From Candidatus Planktophila sp. (GTDB taxonomy: Bacteria; Actinomycetota; Actinomycetes; Nanopelagicales; Nanopelagicaceae): DNA of 64,000 bases. The translations under genes and the position numbers were made by a program. Positions 61,952 to 64,000 of this stretch are shown piece after piece (the first letter of the stretch is position 1; each line of letters opens with the position of its first letter). Location: contig JBDNJI010000028.1 in assembly GCA_041687825.1 (NCBI GenBank), positions 8,707 through 72,706 on the forward strand, given 5' to 3'. Under the pieces are notes generated by a model. The model worked only from the letters and a program-made list of their open reading frames with translations, was not told where the DNA came from and searched no databases.

Positions 61952-63319
61952 ATGTCGAACGTTGATCTAGTAATCCTTGGTGGCGGAAGCGGCGGCTATG
62001 CAGCGGCTCTTCGCAGTGCTCAACTTGGTCTTTCGGTTGTGCTCATCGATTCAGATAAACTCGGCGGTACTTGCCTACACCGCGGTTGTATTCCAACTAA
62101 AGCCCTTCTTCATGCTGGCGAAGTTGCAGACACCGCCCGACACTCTTCTCAGTTTGGCGTAAGCACCACCCTTAACTCGATAGATATGAACGGCGTCAAT
62201 TCTTATAAAGATGGCGTCATTGCAAAGTTGTATAAAGGTTTACAAGGGCTCGTAAAATCTCGCGGAATCACTTTGGTTGAGGGTCACGGAACTCTTGTTG
62301 CAAAAGATACTGTTGAAGTCAACGGTGTTCGATATACCGGCAAGAATGTCATTCTTGCTACTGGCTCTTATGCCAAGACTCTGCCAGGTTTAGAAATTGA
62401 CGGCAAGCGAGTTATTACCTCTGACCACGGAACCAAATTAGATTACATTCCGAAGAGCGTCATTGTTCTTGGCGGCGGAGTAATTGGATGCGAGTTTGCA
62501 TCAGTCTGGAAATCTTTTGGGTCCGAAGTAACGATCATTGAAGGGCTGCCCCACTTAGTGGCCTTAGAGGATGAGTCCTCATCCAAACTTCTCGAGCGCG
62601 CATATCGAAAGCGTGGAATTAACTTTGAACTTGGTACGCGTTTTAAATCTAACACCGTGAACGCTGATGGTGTCACGGTCGAGCTAGAAGACGGTCGGAC
62701 ATTTAGCGCCGAATTACTTCTCGTCTCAGTGGGGCGCGGCCCGGTCTCGGCAAATCTTGGCTATGAGATACAAGGCATCACAATGGATCGCGGCTATGTT
62801 CTAGTCGATGACAAGTGCCGCACAAATATTCCAGGAATCTGGGCCGTTGGTGATTTGATCCCCACTCTTCAATTGGCTCACGTTGGATTCCAAGAAGGAA
62901 TTCTTGTTGCCGAAGAAATTGCTGGACTCAACCCACGTCCGATTAACTACGACGGAGTTCCACGCGTTACCTACTCAGAACCTGAAGTTGCCTCTGTCGG
63001 CCTCACAACTGCGCAAGCCAAAGAGCGCGGACATGATGTTGTAGAACTCAATTACGACTTAGCTGGAAACGGTAAGGCCCAGATTTTAGGCACGGCTGGG
63101 TCTATCAAACTTGTCGCAGCTAAGAACGGACCAGTACTTGGTATTCACATGGTGGGTTCGCGCGTCGGTGAATTACTCGCAGAGGCTCAGTTGATTTTCA
63201 ATTGGGAAGCAACTGCAGCAGATGTTGCTCCACTTCTACATGCACATCCAACTATGTCAGAGGCGCTCGGCGAAGCTCACATGGCACTGGCTGGCAAACC
63301 GCTTCACGCACACGGATAA
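61952..63319 (+). CDS. lpdA: Dihydrolipoamide dehydrogenase (E3)
   Basis: GGGSGGY, GGTCLHRGCIP, GGGVIG, HAHPTMSE. Confidence 0.98.
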   Translation: MSNVDLVILGGGSGGYAAALRSAQLGLSVVLIDSDKLGGTCLHRGCIPTKALLHAGEVADTARHSSQFGVSTTLNSIDMNGVNSYKDGVIAKLYKGLQGLVKSRGITLVEGHGTLVAKDTVEVNGVRYTGKNVILATGSYAKTLPGLEIDGKRVITSDHGTKLDYIPKSVIVLGGGVIGCEFASVWKSFGSEVTIIEGLPHLVALEDESSSKLLERAYRKRGINFELGTRFKSNTVNADGVTVELEDGRTFSAELLLVSVGRGPVSANLGYEIQGITMDRGYVLVDDKCRTNIPGIWAVGDLIPTLQLAHVGFQEGILVAEEIAGLNPRPINYDGVPRVTYSEPEVASVGLTTAQAKERGHDVVELNYDLAGNGKAQILGTAGSIKLVAAKNGPVLGIHMVGSRVGELLAEAQLIFNWEATAADVAPLLHAHPTMSEALGEAHMALAGKPLHAHG

Positions 63320-63331
63320 GGGAGATATAAA

Positions 63332-64000
63332 ATGACATTCTCTGTAAAGATGCCAGCTCTTGGTGAAAGTGTAAGTGAAGGAACTGTCACGCGTTGGCTT
63401 AAGGCTGAAGGCGATCACATCAATGTAGATGAACCACTTCTTGAAGTATCGACCGACAAAGTTGATACCGAGATCCCATCGCCAGTCTCTGGAACACTCT
63501 CTAAAATTCTTGTACAAGTAGATGCAACGGTGCCAGTTGGTGCCGACCTTGCAATCATTGAAGATGGCGCGGCAGCTCCAGTTGCAGCTCCAGTTGCACC
63601 ACCAGTTGCGGCACCAGTTGCAGCAACTCCCCCACCACCAGTTGCAGCACCAGTTGCCTCTGCTGCAACAGCGGGAACAGTTATTTCAATGCCTGCTCTT
63701 GGTGAAAGCGTGAGCGAAGGTACAGTCACTCGCTGGTTAAAAAACGTTGGTGACCATGTAGCCGTTGATGAACCTCTTCTTGAAGTATCAACTGACAAAG
63801 TAGATACCGAGATTCCATCACCTGTTGCAGGCACGCTACTTTCGATTGATGTCGCTGTTGATGCAACAGTTCCAGTGGGAGCCCGATTGGCTTTGATCGG
63901 TGTGAGTGGTGGCGCGCCAGTAGTTAGCGCGCCAGTAGTTAGCGCGCCATCGGATGCTTACATCACACCGATTGTGCGAAAGTTAGCCAATGAGCTTGGT
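63332..64000 (+). CDS. 2-oxoacid dehydrogenase E2 (DlaT/SucB), 5' partial
   Basis: ATG 63332 after GGGAG SD; two lipoyl domains ([11 protein letters not shown]...[12 protein letters not shown]), Ala/Pro linkers, start of the E3-binding domain ([10 protein letters not shown]). Absent from the ORF track because it has no stop in the window. Confidence 0.95.
   Translation, partial: MTFSVKMPALGESVSEGTVTRWLKAEGDHINVDEPLLEVSTDKVDTEIPSPVSGTLSKILVQVDATVPVGADLAIIEDGAAAPVAAPVAPPVAAPVAATPPPPVAAPVASAATAGTVISMPALGESVSEGTVTRWLKNVGDHVAVDEPLLEVSTDKVDTEIPSPVAGTLLSIDVAVDATVPVGARLALIGVSGGAPVVSAPVVSAPSDAYITPIVRKLANELG
63572..63655 (+). repeat. Degenerate 12-bp tandem repeat encoding the first Ala/Pro linker of E2
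   Basis: GCAGCTCCAGTT x2 followed by five variants. Confidence 0.8.
63912..63949 (+). repeat. Perfect 15-bp tandem repeat (about 2.5 copies) in the second E2 linker
   Basis: GCGCGCCAGTAGTTA x2 plus GCGCGCCA; encodes APVVS repeats. Confidence 0.85.

Noticed and set aside
117-63834. Many alternative-frame and antisense ORFs in the track (e.g. 3708-4295, 7167-7676, 14747-15319, 20304-20801, 49376-50005, 63415-63834)
   Set aside because: They lie within well-supported genes, show no recognisable motifs, and are expected shadows of codon bias.
63572-63949. Tandem repeats as a CRISPR array
   Set aside because: The 12- and 15-bp in-frame units have no spacers and encode E2 linkers; there are no cas genes.

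Overview
Gene-dense core-chromosome segment of a small-genome actinomycete with roughly balanced GC. Gene order and tiny spacers suggest a streamlined freshwater acI/Ca. Nanopelagicales (Planktophila-like) organism; this is inference. Left to right: nusB-efp-aroQBKC-prepilin peptidase-aroE-mltG-ruvX-alaS, aspS-hisS, rel-secFD-ruvBAC-yebC-pdxTS, the PIM cluster (pimA-patA-pgsA), HIT-thrS, pabC/pabB-like genes, a tRNA Gly-Cys-Val cluster followed by a small accessory block, trpD, the cytochrome bcc-aa3 genes (ctaE-qcrCAB, ctaCDF), an iscS-like gene, adoK, iscA, nadA, a cobalamin riboswitch with an ECF importer, gcvT, pepA, lpdA and a partial dlaT/sucB. I see no mobile element, prophage, CRISPR array or defence system. 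The most interesting signals are conserved-looking proteins with remodelled active sites: (1) a 200-aa stand-alone EF-G2-like G-domain with all GTPase motifs erased; (2) an IscS-fold protein that lost the PLP lysine and histidine but kept the persulfide cysteine; (3) matching substitutions of Mg/Mn-site ligands in both subunit I and subunit II of the aa3 oxidase. Also notable are widespread leaderless promoters, including a symmetric 24-bp bidirectional one, and a B12 importer at the position where other actinomycetes carry cobU/cobT/cobS. All homology calls come from motif recognition from memory; no searches were run.
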